64,000 nt of DNA from an uncultured Elusimicrobia bacterium (lineage in GTDB: Bacteria > Elusimicrobiota > Elusimicrobia > 2-01-FULL-59-12), in NCBI GenBank assembly GCA_964441955.1, contig CAYTWA010000002.1:9894-73893 (forward strand). Reading direction: 5' to 3'. The stretch's first letter is position 1; every line of letters starts with the position of its first letter. Positions 18,966 to 26,848 of the stretch are shown here, in pieces. Both the position numbers and the translations under genes were made by a program. Under the pieces are notes generated by a model, which saw only the letters and a program-made list of their open reading frames with translations, made no database searches and was not told where the DNA came from.

Positions 18966-20997
18966 AACTCACTGGATCAGCCTCGCGCTCGCATTGATGG
19001 TTGGCGGCGCGCTGGCCGGCATGGAGTATCAACGCAACGCGGTGTATGTCGATCGCCGTGTTCATTCCACCGCCAAAATTTCGACTTTGGCTGAAACCAT
19101 GCAGCGTCTGGAATGGGCCGCGCTGGATGGACGTTTTAAAATCCGCGGTGCGCGTCAACCGCATCCCGACGTTGTGATCATCGGGATCGATGAGGGGTCG
19201 TTAGAAGAGGTTGGCGAATGGCCTTGGCCGCGCAGCATTCATGCCCGCCTGATTGATGTTCTAAAAAAAGAACCCCCGAAAGCTCTCCTCTTCGACATAT
19301 TGTTTTTAGAACCCTTTACGGCTCATCTCGAAGGGGATAAAGCGCTGATTCGTGCCACGAAAGAAAACCCCTGGGTGGTTCACAGCATGTTTTTAAACGT
19401 GAGCGATTCGGGGGTTCAAGGCGGCAAACTACCCATGAAAGCCTTGGCCGAGGCCGCTGGCCGAATTGGTTCCGTCAATGCGTTTCCTGACGATGACGGC
19501 GTGCTGCGCAGTGCGCCGCCTTGGATCAAACTAGACGATGTAGAAGTGCCTTTGTTATCTCTCGAGGGAGCAGCGCTTTACGGGGGCCTTACCCCCGCCC
19601 AAGTGGTCGATCGGATGCCCTTGGACGGGCGCGGCGAGCTTTTGGTTCAGTACGCGGGGCCCGAACATTCGTTTCGCTATTTGCCGTATTCCGATGTGCT
19701 CCGCGGCCAGGTGTCGGCCGAAGCGTGGCGCAACAAAGTGGTGTTGGTGGGCTCGCGTGCCACGGGGACGTACGATCACTACCCCACACCGCTTTCCAAA
19801 AACATGCCGGGGGTGGAGTTTCACGCCAACATAATTGACAACCTAATCAGCCGGTCGGCGCTGCGCTACCGGGGGGGTGCATGGACGACGGGAATCATCT
19901 TAGGGTTGTGCCTCTTTTCGGGAATTCTATTCGCTCGAGTCAAGCCGCTCTCCGGGGCGGTGGGGGTGCTCCTCTCTGGAGCGCTTTATTTTGGAGTGAC
20001 GCAGGTGCTTTTTACAAAACAGTTCATCGTTTTGGATTTGGCCGGGCCGGAAATGGCGCTTGGGTTGTCGTACCTGGTGATTGTCATCTACCGGTTTTTT
20101 GCCGAAGAGCGCGAAAAGCGGTGGGTCAAAGCCGCCTTCGGCCAGTACGTGTCGCCCAAAGTGCTGGATGTCTTGATGGCAAACCCCGAGGGACTCCATT
20201 TAGGGGGTGAACGTCATGACATGACGGTTTTTTTCTCCGATGTCGCGGGGTTCACGTCGATTTCAGAGCGGATGACTCCCGATGCGCTGGTGGTGCTACT
20301 CAACCGCTATTTGTCGGCTATGACCGAAGTAGTCTTTAAATACGACGGCTATTTAAACAAGTACATGGGCGATGGCATTATGGCGTTTTGGAACGCGCCC
20401 GTGAAACAGGCCGACCACGCCGAGCGGGCCTGTCGCTGCGCGCTCGAAAGTCGCACGGCTTTAGAGACCCTCAACCGGGAATTGGTGTCCCAGGGGTTTG
20501 TGCCCTTGGCGGCTCGCATTGGAATTAATTCCGGCACGATGGCTGTAGGAAACATGGGGTCACGCCAAAAATCAGACTACACCGTCATGGGTGACAACGT
20601 GAACTTGGCATCTCGCTTGGAGGGCGCCAACAAAGCCTACGGCAGTTCCATCATGATCAGCGAATTTACCTATGAAATGGTGCAGGACAAGTTTGAGGCC
20701 CGCTACCTGGACCGTTTGCGCGTTCCCGGGAAAGCCAAACCCGTGCGCACGTACGAGCTTTTGGCCGAAAAAGGCGCGTTAACGGCCGATTGGCAAAAAG
20801 CCATGGGGATATACCACGAAGCCATTCTGGCGTATGCCGAACGCGACTTCGAAAAAGCCCGTAATAAATTCCTTGAAGTTCAGCACATTTTGCCTCAGGA
20901 TAAACCCAGTGCCGTTTACGTGGCGCGGTGTGAGGCCTTTTTGGCTCACCCCCCGGAAAAAGATTGGGATGGCGTTTTCGAGGTAAAGTCGAAATAA
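18958..20997 (+). CDS. CHASE2 sensor domain (WPWPR signature) + TM region + class III adenylate/guanylate cyclase (FSDVAGFTSISE...YMGDGIMAFWNAP) + C-terminal TPR-like tail
   Basis: Domain signatures in the translation. Overlaps the hisS stop by 8 nt. Confidence 0.85.
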   Translation: MLKTHWISLALALMVGGALAGMEYQRNAVYVDRRVHSTAKISTLAETMQRLEWAALDGRFKIRGARQPHPDVVIIGIDEGSLEEVGEWPWPRSIHARLIDVLKKEPPKALLFDILFLEPFTAHLEGDKALIRATKENPWVVHSMFLNVSDSGVQGGKLPMKALAEAAGRIGSVNAFPDDDGVLRSAPPWIKLDDVEVPLLSLEGAALYGGLTPAQVVDRMPLDGRGELLVQYAGPEHSFRYLPYSDVLRGQVSAEAWRNKVVLVGSRATGTYDHYPTPLSKNMPGVEFHANIIDNLISRSALRYRGGAWTTGIILGLCLFSGILFARVKPLSGAVGVLLSGALYFGVTQVLFTKQFIVLDLAGPEMALGLSYLVIVIYRFFAEEREKRWVKAAFGQYVSPKVLDVLMANPEGLHLGGERHDMTVFFSDVAGFTSISERMTPDALVVLLNRYLSAMTEVVFKYDGYLNKYMGDGIMAFWNAPVKQADHAERACRCALESRTALETLNRELVSQGFVPLAARIGINSGTMAVGNMGSRQKSDYTVMGDNVNLASRLEGANKAYGSSIMISEFTYEMVQDKFEARYLDRLRVPGKAKPVRTYELLAEKGALTADWQKAMGIYHEAILAYAERDFEKARNKFLEVQHILPQDKPSAVYVARCEAFLAHPPEKDWDGVFEVKSK

Positions 20998-21004
20998 AAC
21001 GAAT

Positions 21005-21694
21005 ATGACGATTTTCTGGCGTTTAATTCTTGCGCATTTCATCGCAGACTTCACGCTGCAGACGAACAAGGTCGCGGAGTGGAAGCGTGTCAGCCAAATG
21101 GGCATGGGCGTGCATGTGATCGCCCATCCGCTCATGTCGATGCTGCTCGCGTGGCCCTTTTTGGGGGACATCTGGGTCACCCTCGGGCAGACGCCGCTTA
21201 CGGGCTGGGCGTGTGTTGGGATCATCACCTTGATCCACTGGGTGGAAGATGAATTTCGAATTTGGGCGATCCGAAAAGAAATTGTGGCGGACGGCAGCGC
21301 TTTTTTAGCCTGGGATCAAGCGGTGCATTTAGGAAGCATTTATTTGTTTTCCCCCGCGCGGTCCGGGGGGCCAGGCGAGGTGTGGGTGCTCGTGGCACTC
21401 TGCGCGGTGCTTTTAACCCATGTAACGTCGGTCGTCATTTATTTCTTGGAGACAGATTCCGGGACGGAATCCGCCGTTTTAGGTCCGGGCAAATACCGCT
21501 TGATGGCGGAGCGCTTAATGGGGGGTATTTTGGTGTCTTTGCCCGGCTATTTCACGACTTTTGGATTCGTTTGGGTGGCCGCCCAACTCTACCGCCAAAC
21601 CACCCGCCGCTCACCCCGCACCTGGGTACACACTCTAACCACCTGCACAGCGGTTCTCGTCTTAGGCCTTATCGCTCGAAAAATCCTTTTTTAA
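21005..21694 (+). CDS. Polytopic membrane protein, DUF3307-like (N-terminal LAHFIADFTLQ motif)
   Basis: Hydrophobic ORF with an HxxxDFxLQ N-terminal motif. Weak family assignment from memory. Confidence 0.5.
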   Translation: MTIFWRLILAHFIADFTLQTNKVAEWKRVSQMGMGVHVIAHPLMSMLLAWPFLGDIWVTLGQTPLTGWACVGIITLIHWVEDEFRIWAIRKEIVADGSAFLAWDQAVHLGSIYLFSPARSGGPGEVWVLVALCAVLLTHVTSVVIYFLETDSGTESAVLGPGKYRLMAERLMGGILVSLPGYFTTFGFVWVAAQLYRQTTRRSPRTWVHTLTTCTAVLVLGLIARKILF

Positions 21695-21732
21695 GTTAAA
21701 ATCACGGCGCGTCAATAATCCCCTCTTATTTC

Positions 21733-21807
21733 GGGCCCTTCGTTCAATGGATAGGACGCCGCCCTGCGAAGGCGGCAATGGCAGTTCGACTCTGCCAGGG
21801 CCCACCA
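21733..21807 (+). tRNA. tRNA, 75 nt with encoded CCA. Cloverleaf folds cleanly (acceptor GGGCCCU/AGGGCCC, T-arm GGCAG-UUCGACU-CUGCC). The anticodon loop CUGCGAA gives anticodon GCG (Arg, decoding CGC/CGU).
   Basis: Hand-folded from the sequence. All four stems pair (D-stem GUUC/GGAC, anticodon stem CCGCC/GGCGG), with U33 and A37 present. Confidence 0.7.
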
Positions 21808-21822
21808 CTTTCTCGTCGATTT

Positions 21823-22189
21823 GGGGCTGAATAGGATCGACAGGGTTGGACAGAATGGACGGTCGCAAGCCGTGGTTGGTCGGACCCACGCTAAAAATCG
21901 GCTAAATCATAACTGGCGAACCTCTCGCCCTCGCTGCCTAAACCGTAGCGAGTCCGGGCCTTTGGCCCGGCGTTCTCCCCGACCTCACCGGTGGGCGGGT
22001 CAAGAGCGTCATCATGCCGGTTAGGACGTCCGAGCGCGCCTTCGTGCGGACGTGCGAACCGCTTCAAGGCTCGTCCTTATGAAAGGGGTCTGCAGCTGAA
22101 ATAAGGACTAAAACCAATAGCAGACTACGCTTGTAGTGACGCTGTTCGGCTAACTTTGGACCCGGGTGCAATTCCCGGCAGCTCCACCA
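21823..22189 (+). ncRNA. ssrA: tmRNA (SsrA), ~367 nt. 5' GGGGCUGAAUAGGAUCGACAGGG..., 3' ...GGACCCGGGUGCAAUUCCCGGCAGCUCCACCA. The internal tag reading frame ends ...GEPLALAA-UAA.
   Basis: Conserved tmRNA 5' and 3' tRNA-like ends with encoded CCA, and a tag ORF ending in the canonical ALAA stop. Confidence 0.85.
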
Positions 22190-22199
22190 AATAAAAATA

Positions 22200-22226
22200 C
22201 CCAGCTTTGGCTGGGTTTTTTATTTT
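22200..22226 (+). terminator. Rho-independent terminator after ssrA (CCCAGCUUUGGCUGGG + U-tract)
   Basis: GC stem-loop followed by TTTTTTATTTT. Confidence 0.7.
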
Positions 22227-22246
22227 AGAGAGCTCTCTTTTGCATA

Positions 22247-22630
22247 ATGGCCCCCATGCGTTGGTTTATGGGTTTTGTTTTGGCGGTGGCGGTGGGGGTG
22301 GCTCTTTACACGTGGAGCACACTCAACTACGTTTACGCCCAAGGCGAGCGGGCTGGGTATGTGCAGAAGTTTTCAAAGAAGGGCTGGATCTTTAAAACCT
22401 GGGAGGGGGAATTGGCCATGGCCAACTTGCCTGGGGCCATGCCCGAGATTTTTAAGTTCTCGGTTCGAAACGCCGGTGCCGTTCAGCAAATACAAAATGC
22501 CTTAGGCCAACGCGTGGTGCTGCACTATAACCAGCACCGCGGCATTCCTACCAACGCGTTTGGGGAAACCTCCTATTTCGCAACGTCCGTTCAGCCAGTG
22601 CAAGACACCTCTCCTACGCCTCGCTCCTAA
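22247..22630 (+). CDS. Small hypothetical protein with an N-terminal TM/signal segment
   Basis: ORF only. Confidence 0.4.
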   Translation: MAPMRWFMGFVLAVAVGVALYTWSTLNYVYAQGERAGYVQKFSKKGWIFKTWEGELAMANLPGAMPEIFKFSVRNAGAVQQIQNALGQRVVLHYNQHRGIPTNAFGETSYFATSVQPVQDTSPTPRS

Positions 22631-22631
22631 T

Positions 22632-23405
22632 ATGTGCCGAATGATCGCCATGATTGGGCAGCCGCCCCTCCCCACCGCCGCCGCGCTCGAGGCTTTTTAC
22701 CCGCTGTGCCAAAAAGGAAAATGTGCGTCGGGGGATACCTCGGGGCATGGGGACGGATGGGGGCTTTCCGGCTATAACGGCACGCGCGCCGTTTATTTTG
22801 GTCGCCAGGCTGCCGATGCCGCCAAAAACCGCGCGGCGTACACGGAAAATGTGGCGCTAGCCGCCAAATCGAAGTCGCCCGTGGTTGTGGGGCATCTTCG
22901 TAAATCGTCGGGAACACCAGCGGCTATCGGCAACACTCATCCCTTCCATTACCGCGACTGGGTTTTTGCACATAACGGCACTATCTTTAACGCGAACCAA
23001 GTGCTGGCCTTACAAGGAAGCTCGCCGCAGGGCGAAACGGACAGCGAACGATTGGGGTTGTGGGTGATTGAGCGAGTTGTCCATGCGATGGATCCTACCG
23101 CCGAATTAATCCGAGCGATTCAAACTTTAAGGGAAAAAGCATCTTTTAGTTCGCTAACCTTTTTTTTAAGCAACGGAAAAACGTTATGGGCTTACCGGGA
23201 GTATGGAGAGTCTCACTTTGAAAAAGGAGAGTCCATTGAACTTCGGGATGCGTACTTTACGCTGGTATGGGCGCCGGTTGGAAAATCGTGGGTCGTGTGT
23301 TCGGAGCCTTTGGCGGAACTGGGAAACTTATGGAAGGCCCTCCCCCAGCGCACGCTCGCCGTTTTTACCCCCGCTGAGGCCGCGCCAGAGATCCTTCCGC
23401 TTTAG
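22632..23405 (+). CDS. Class II (Ntn-type) glutamine amidotransferase-domain protein (Met-Cys N-terminus MCRMIAMIG...)
   Basis: Start reassigned to ATG 22632 so that Cys2 is the N-terminal nucleophile. GATase-2-like motifs. Confidence 0.7.
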   Translation: MCRMIAMIGQPPLPTAAALEAFYPLCQKGKCASGDTSGHGDGWGLSGYNGTRAVYFGRQAADAAKNRAAYTENVALAAKSKSPVVVGHLRKSSGTPAAIGNTHPFHYRDWVFAHNGTIFNANQVLALQGSSPQGETDSERLGLWVIERVVHAMDPTAELIRAIQTLREKASFSSLTFFLSNGKTLWAYREYGESHFEKGESIELRDAYFTLVWAPVGKSWVVCSEPLAELGNLWKALPQRTLAVFTPAEAAPEILPL

Positions 23406-24181
23406 TCCAAATCCAAATCGCGAATGGGTTTTTGCCCCGGGCCTTCCGTTTTGGCTTTTTCCACGCTTTGTTTAAACAGCCGCTCGGCTTGTTCTTTCTT
23501 TCGGGCTTGTTCGGCGGCGGCTTTTTCGAAAAGTGTTTTACGGCCCTCTTTTTCCTGATCCAACTTTTTAAGAGTCACATCCATGCGGTCTTTGGCGGCG
23601 CTCGCCCCTTGGCTTAACGTCGCTCCGTCTGTTTCGCTGTACGTCCAACCGATTTCCGTCCCAGCACCTTGCACGTTCATCCAGCGGGCGAGCACGAACA
23701 AGAAATCCGACAAACGGTTTAGGTATGGAAGAGCGTCTTTGTCGACCCGTTCCTGGGCGGCAAGCCCCACGAGGCGCCGTTCCGCTCGACGCGCCGTGGC
23801 GCGGGCGGCGTGTGCGAAAGCGGCCGCGGGGACACCTTGCGGCAAAATGAAATGGTTTAAGGGGGAGAGGATTTCCTCCATGGCATCGATGCGCCGTTCT
23901 AAATCCACGACCCGGTCTAAAGGGAGCACCGCGCGTCGCTTGGGATCCGACGGCGGTGTCGCCAGTTGTGCACCCAGAATAAAAAGGTCGCTTTGGATTT
24001 TGTCGAGCCAGGCCCGGGCGTCGGAGGCGGAAGGCGGCAAGTGCGCCACGATTAAGCCGATCTGGGCGTTTAATTCATCCACCGCGCCGGTGACTTCCAA
24101 GCGTGGAATGTCTTTTCGGACCCGGACATTGCCTAGGAGTCCTGTGGAACCGTCATCGCCGGCGCGTGTGTAGATTTTCAT
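23402..24181 (-). CDS. ATP:cob(I)alamin adenosyltransferase, PduO/MMAB type (MKIYTRAGDDGSTGL...), with a ~70-aa charged C-terminal tail
   Basis: Characteristic PduO-type N-terminal motif. Confidence 0.8.
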   Translation of the reverse strand: MKIYTRAGDDGSTGLLGNVRVRKDIPRLEVTGAVDELNAQIGLIVAHLPPSASDARAWLDKIQSDLFILGAQLATPPSDPKRRAVLPLDRVVDLERRIDAMEEILSPLNHFILPQGVPAAAFAHAARATARRAERRLVGLAAQERVDKDALPYLNRLSDFLFVLARWMNVQGAGTEIGWTYSETDGATLSQGASAAKDRMDVTLKKLDQEKEGRKTLFEKAAAEQARKKEQAERLFKQSVEKAKTEGPGQKPIRDLDLD

Positions 24182-24453
24182 GGTTCATTCCCCTGGTAGA
24201 ATGCGCTCATGTTTCGCAAAGGGGTTTGGATCATCGCTGGCCTCACCCTCATCATGGGCGCCCCCTTCCCTAGCTTTTGGTACTCGCTGGCGCGGCTTGT
24301 GGCGAACCCCTTCGAGCGCCTCTTCGGGATCAAAAGCCCAGAAGCGCGTCTGTTGGTAAGTGAGCCCGCCGCGACGAGCCCCGTCCAATCCGCTACGCGG
24401 CGGTTGATGCAGCCTTTGGGCGCCGTGCGGCTTCTGCGGCGAATGGACGAATC

Positions 24454-25134
24454 TCAGCGCTGAACCAGCGCAAAAAAGCGGTCTTCGTATTCCTTAAAGT
24501 ACCCCGATTGATGCAAATATTCCCCTAAACGAGACACGGCGCTCGGGTCGCTTTGCGCCTGGGCAAAGCGTTTTTCAATTTCCCGCTTGGTCGCCGCTTG
24601 GGCGCGGCCCTCGGGGTCAAAGAGCCCGCGTTCTTCAAGTTCCCTCACATTTCCTTGGAATGACCTCATGCTGGTTTCCACAATAAATTTCATGACCGCA
24701 AGCCCCCACGCTTGGTCGGGGCCTTCTAATAAAGCCTTGCGAGGGGCGTTTTCCTTTTCCATTTGGTTGCGGGTGCGCTCGATCATCTCGGCGGGGGTCG
24801 TATGCTCAAGCGATGTATTGGAGAGGTCATTTCGAAAGGTATATTCAAGGCTTCTTAAGCCCTCCCCATAGGCCCGTTCCATGAGTTCACGGTAAGCGTC
24901 CATGTCCTCCCCGAACCCTTCAAAGCGCTGGCGAAACACGTCGGGGGTAATAATTTGCGGCCGTTGCGCCACAACCGACCCCTCGCGCAAACGGCAGACG
25001 TTTGGTTCATTAGGGATCGGGGAAAGCAGCACATAGGAAAGCGTGGTGGTGCCAAAGGTCGCTAAGGCATGCTTCGGAGGTTTTAGGATACGCGCTTGAC
25101 GAAGCGAATCGAAAAATCGATGGCTATTGTTCAT
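24454..25134 (-). CDS. Hypothetical protein
   Basis: ORF only. Confidence 0.45.
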   Translation of the reverse strand: MNNSHRFFDSLRQARILKPPKHALATFGTTTLSYVLLSPIPNEPNVCRLREGSVVAQRPQIITPDVFRQRFEGFGEDMDAYRELMERAYGEGLRSLEYTFRNDLSNTSLEHTTPAEMIERTRNQMEKENAPRKALLEGPDQAWGLAVMKFIVETSMRSFQGNVRELEERGLFDPEGRAQAATKREIEKRFAQAQSDPSAVSRLGEYLHQSGYFKEYEDRFFALVQR

Positions 25135-25276
25135 GGGGTTATTTTAACTTATGAAAATCACTTGACCGAACCCCCGCCGAATCTGCTATTTTTACTTCAC
25201 ACGACGTCGTGTAAGGAGGGCCAATGGAGGCGATCGCCAAAGCGGCGGTCGCTTTTTTTATGTCTGGACATGATCG

Positions 25277-25594
25277 ATGAAAAAAATTGAGTGCTACATT
25301 CGAGAATCCGATGTGCAGGCCGTCGTGGATGCCCTGGCGAAAACGGGCATCGGCGGCATGTCGGTTTATCCCATTCAAGGGTTTGGCCGTCAGCGCGGGA
25401 AAGGGGAAGGCGCGCTGATGCCTAAAATGAAGGTCGAAGTCTTTGCGCTCGATATTGAAACGGATTTTGTTTTGGGGACCATTTTAGAGATCACTAGAAA
25501 GGGGGGGTTTGGCGACGGTAAAATCGCCATTCTTCCAGTCGATGATGTGATACGGATCCGAACAGGGGAAAAAGGGGCTAAAGCCGTCTTTTAA
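25277..25594 (+). CDS. P-II (GlnB-like) family signal-transduction protein with a shortened T-loop (GFGRQRGKGEG..., GDGKIAILPVDDVIRIRTGE)
   Basis: P-II signature blocks GFGRQ, GDGKI and IRIRTGE. Strong SD AAGGAGG upstream of the next gene. Confidence 0.75.
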   Translation: MKKIECYIRESDVQAVVDALAKTGIGGMSVYPIQGFGRQRGKGEGALMPKMKVEVFALDIETDFVLGTILEITRKGGFGDGKIAILPVDDVIRIRTGEKGAKAVF

Positions 25595-25633
25595 AAGCGG
25601 TTAGCTTTTTTTCAATAAAAAAGGAGGACACAC

Positions 25634-26743
25634 ATGAGAAGCATGTCAAAAATAAGCATGGCGGCGATGGTGGCCGTTGCAGGGACGTTCGCGCTCTCCG
25701 CCACGGCCAAGGCCGACGGGCCGACGCTGGGCGGTTATGTGCAAGGTTCCTACCAAAAGAATCTCAATAAGCCAAAAACCTCAGCCGGTGCCCCAACGGG
25801 GAATCAGCTGCGGGTGTTCGACCAGAATCAATCCGATGATTTTGGTTTAAACGCGGTTCAACTGAAACTGAGCAAATCCATCGGGGACGAAAACTACGGG
25901 TACGGGGTAAAGTTGTTGGCGGGCGATGATGCGCGCATTCTAAACGGCAACGGAACCTACTCCACATCGAATGACCAGTTCTACGTGGAAGAGGCGTACG
26001 GAATGTTTTCGCTTTCCAATCTCAAAGCCTTGACCGTTACCGGCGGCCGGTTTGTCACGGCGGAAGGGGTGGAAGTCATCGAGTCTCCGCTCAACATGAA
26101 CATCTCCGAAGGCTTGTTGTTTGGATATGCGGAGCCGTTTACGCACACGGGCGTTAAGGCCAACTATGTGGTAAGCGACATGGCCAACGTGACCGCAGGC
26201 ATCGTCAATGGGTGGGACAATTCCAATACCTACTTAGACAACAACCGCGGCAAAACGATCATCTACCAGGTGGCGACGACACCGGCCAAAGGGTTGATTG
26301 CCAACCTCTCAGGCACGTACGGTCCCGAAGCCTCCAATCAAACGCACCAAAAGCGTACCTCCGTCGATTTGGTGTTAGGCTATACGGGCATTGAAAAACT
26401 CACCATCAACGGTCAATTGAACTGGGGCCAAGACAAACAGAAGAATACTTCAACCAATGTGTGGAAGGGTGCGGGTCTTTGGTTGGGTTATGCGGTGAGC
26501 GACTGGATCAACCCGGCCGTTCGCTACGAAGTGTTCAGTGACCAGCATGGGGGGAGTCGTACCGCCACCGCTCAGACGGTCAACAACTTCACCCTGACCA
26601 ACAAGTTCCAAGTGGCCAAAAACATGTTCCTTCGTGCCGAGTACCGACACGACTGGTCGAACATGCCCGCCTTCCAGAACAAGGTCGGCAATGCCGTTCG
26701 AGTGCAAAACACCATTGGCGCAGACTGGGTCGTGACGTTCTAA
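25634..26743 (+). CDS. Outer-membrane beta-barrel porin (signal peptide ...ALSATAKA, alternating amphipathic strands, C-terminal ...DWVVTF)
   Basis: Signal peptide and C-terminal aromatic residue typical of OMPs. Confidence 0.65.
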   Translation: MRSMSKISMAAMVAVAGTFALSATAKADGPTLGGYVQGSYQKNLNKPKTSAGAPTGNQLRVFDQNQSDDFGLNAVQLKLSKSIGDENYGYGVKLLAGDDARILNGNGTYSTSNDQFYVEEAYGMFSLSNLKALTVTGGRFVTAEGVEVIESPLNMNISEGLLFGYAEPFTHTGVKANYVVSDMANVTAGIVNGWDNSNTYLDNNRGKTIIYQVATTPAKGLIANLSGTYGPEASNQTHQKRTSVDLVLGYTGIEKLTINGQLNWGQDKQKNTSTNVWKGAGLWLGYAVSDWINPAVRYEVFSDQHGGSRTATAQTVNNFTLTNKFQVAKNMFLRAEYRHDWSNMPAFQNKVGNAVRVQNTIGADWVVTF

Positions 26744-26764
26744 GAAGCCGTTCGCAAAAATATG

Positions 26765-26801
26765 AGCGGGCGGTCTCCCCTTTGACCGCCCGCTCTTTTT
26801 T
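26765..26801 (+). terminator. Rho-independent terminator (AGCGGGCGGUC...GACCGCCCGCU + UUUUUU)
   Basis: Perfect 11-bp stem plus T-tract. Confidence 0.8.
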
Positions 26802-26848
26802 GCTCTAAAAATGGACACGTTCGTGCTTATTAGTTAAACTCCGCGCAG

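Noticed and set aside
14850-20997. CBASS- or Pycsar-type anti-phage cyclic-nucleotide defence system (patatin effector + nucleotide cyclase)
   Set aside because: The cyclase is a CHASE2 membrane signalling cyclase, not a CD-NTase or a minimal PycC. It is separated from the lipase by hisS and transcribed divergently. The effector has the NTE-like cNMP + patatin architecture common in housekeeping lipases. No Cap2/Cap3, HORMA/TRIP13 or other defence genes are nearby.
22207-22630. Gly-rich alternative ORFs (22207..22395, 22275..22505) overlapping the 22247 ORF
   Set aside because: Out-of-frame overlaps in a G-rich stretch (GGCGGTGGCGGTGGGGGTGG). Only one frame can be real, and even that one is low confidence.
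24209-24463. 84-aa + strand ORF between two convergent/tandem - strand genes
   Set aside because: Possible small membrane protein, but there is no SD and it overlaps the 3' end of the 24454..25134 gene. Evidence is insufficient to call it.
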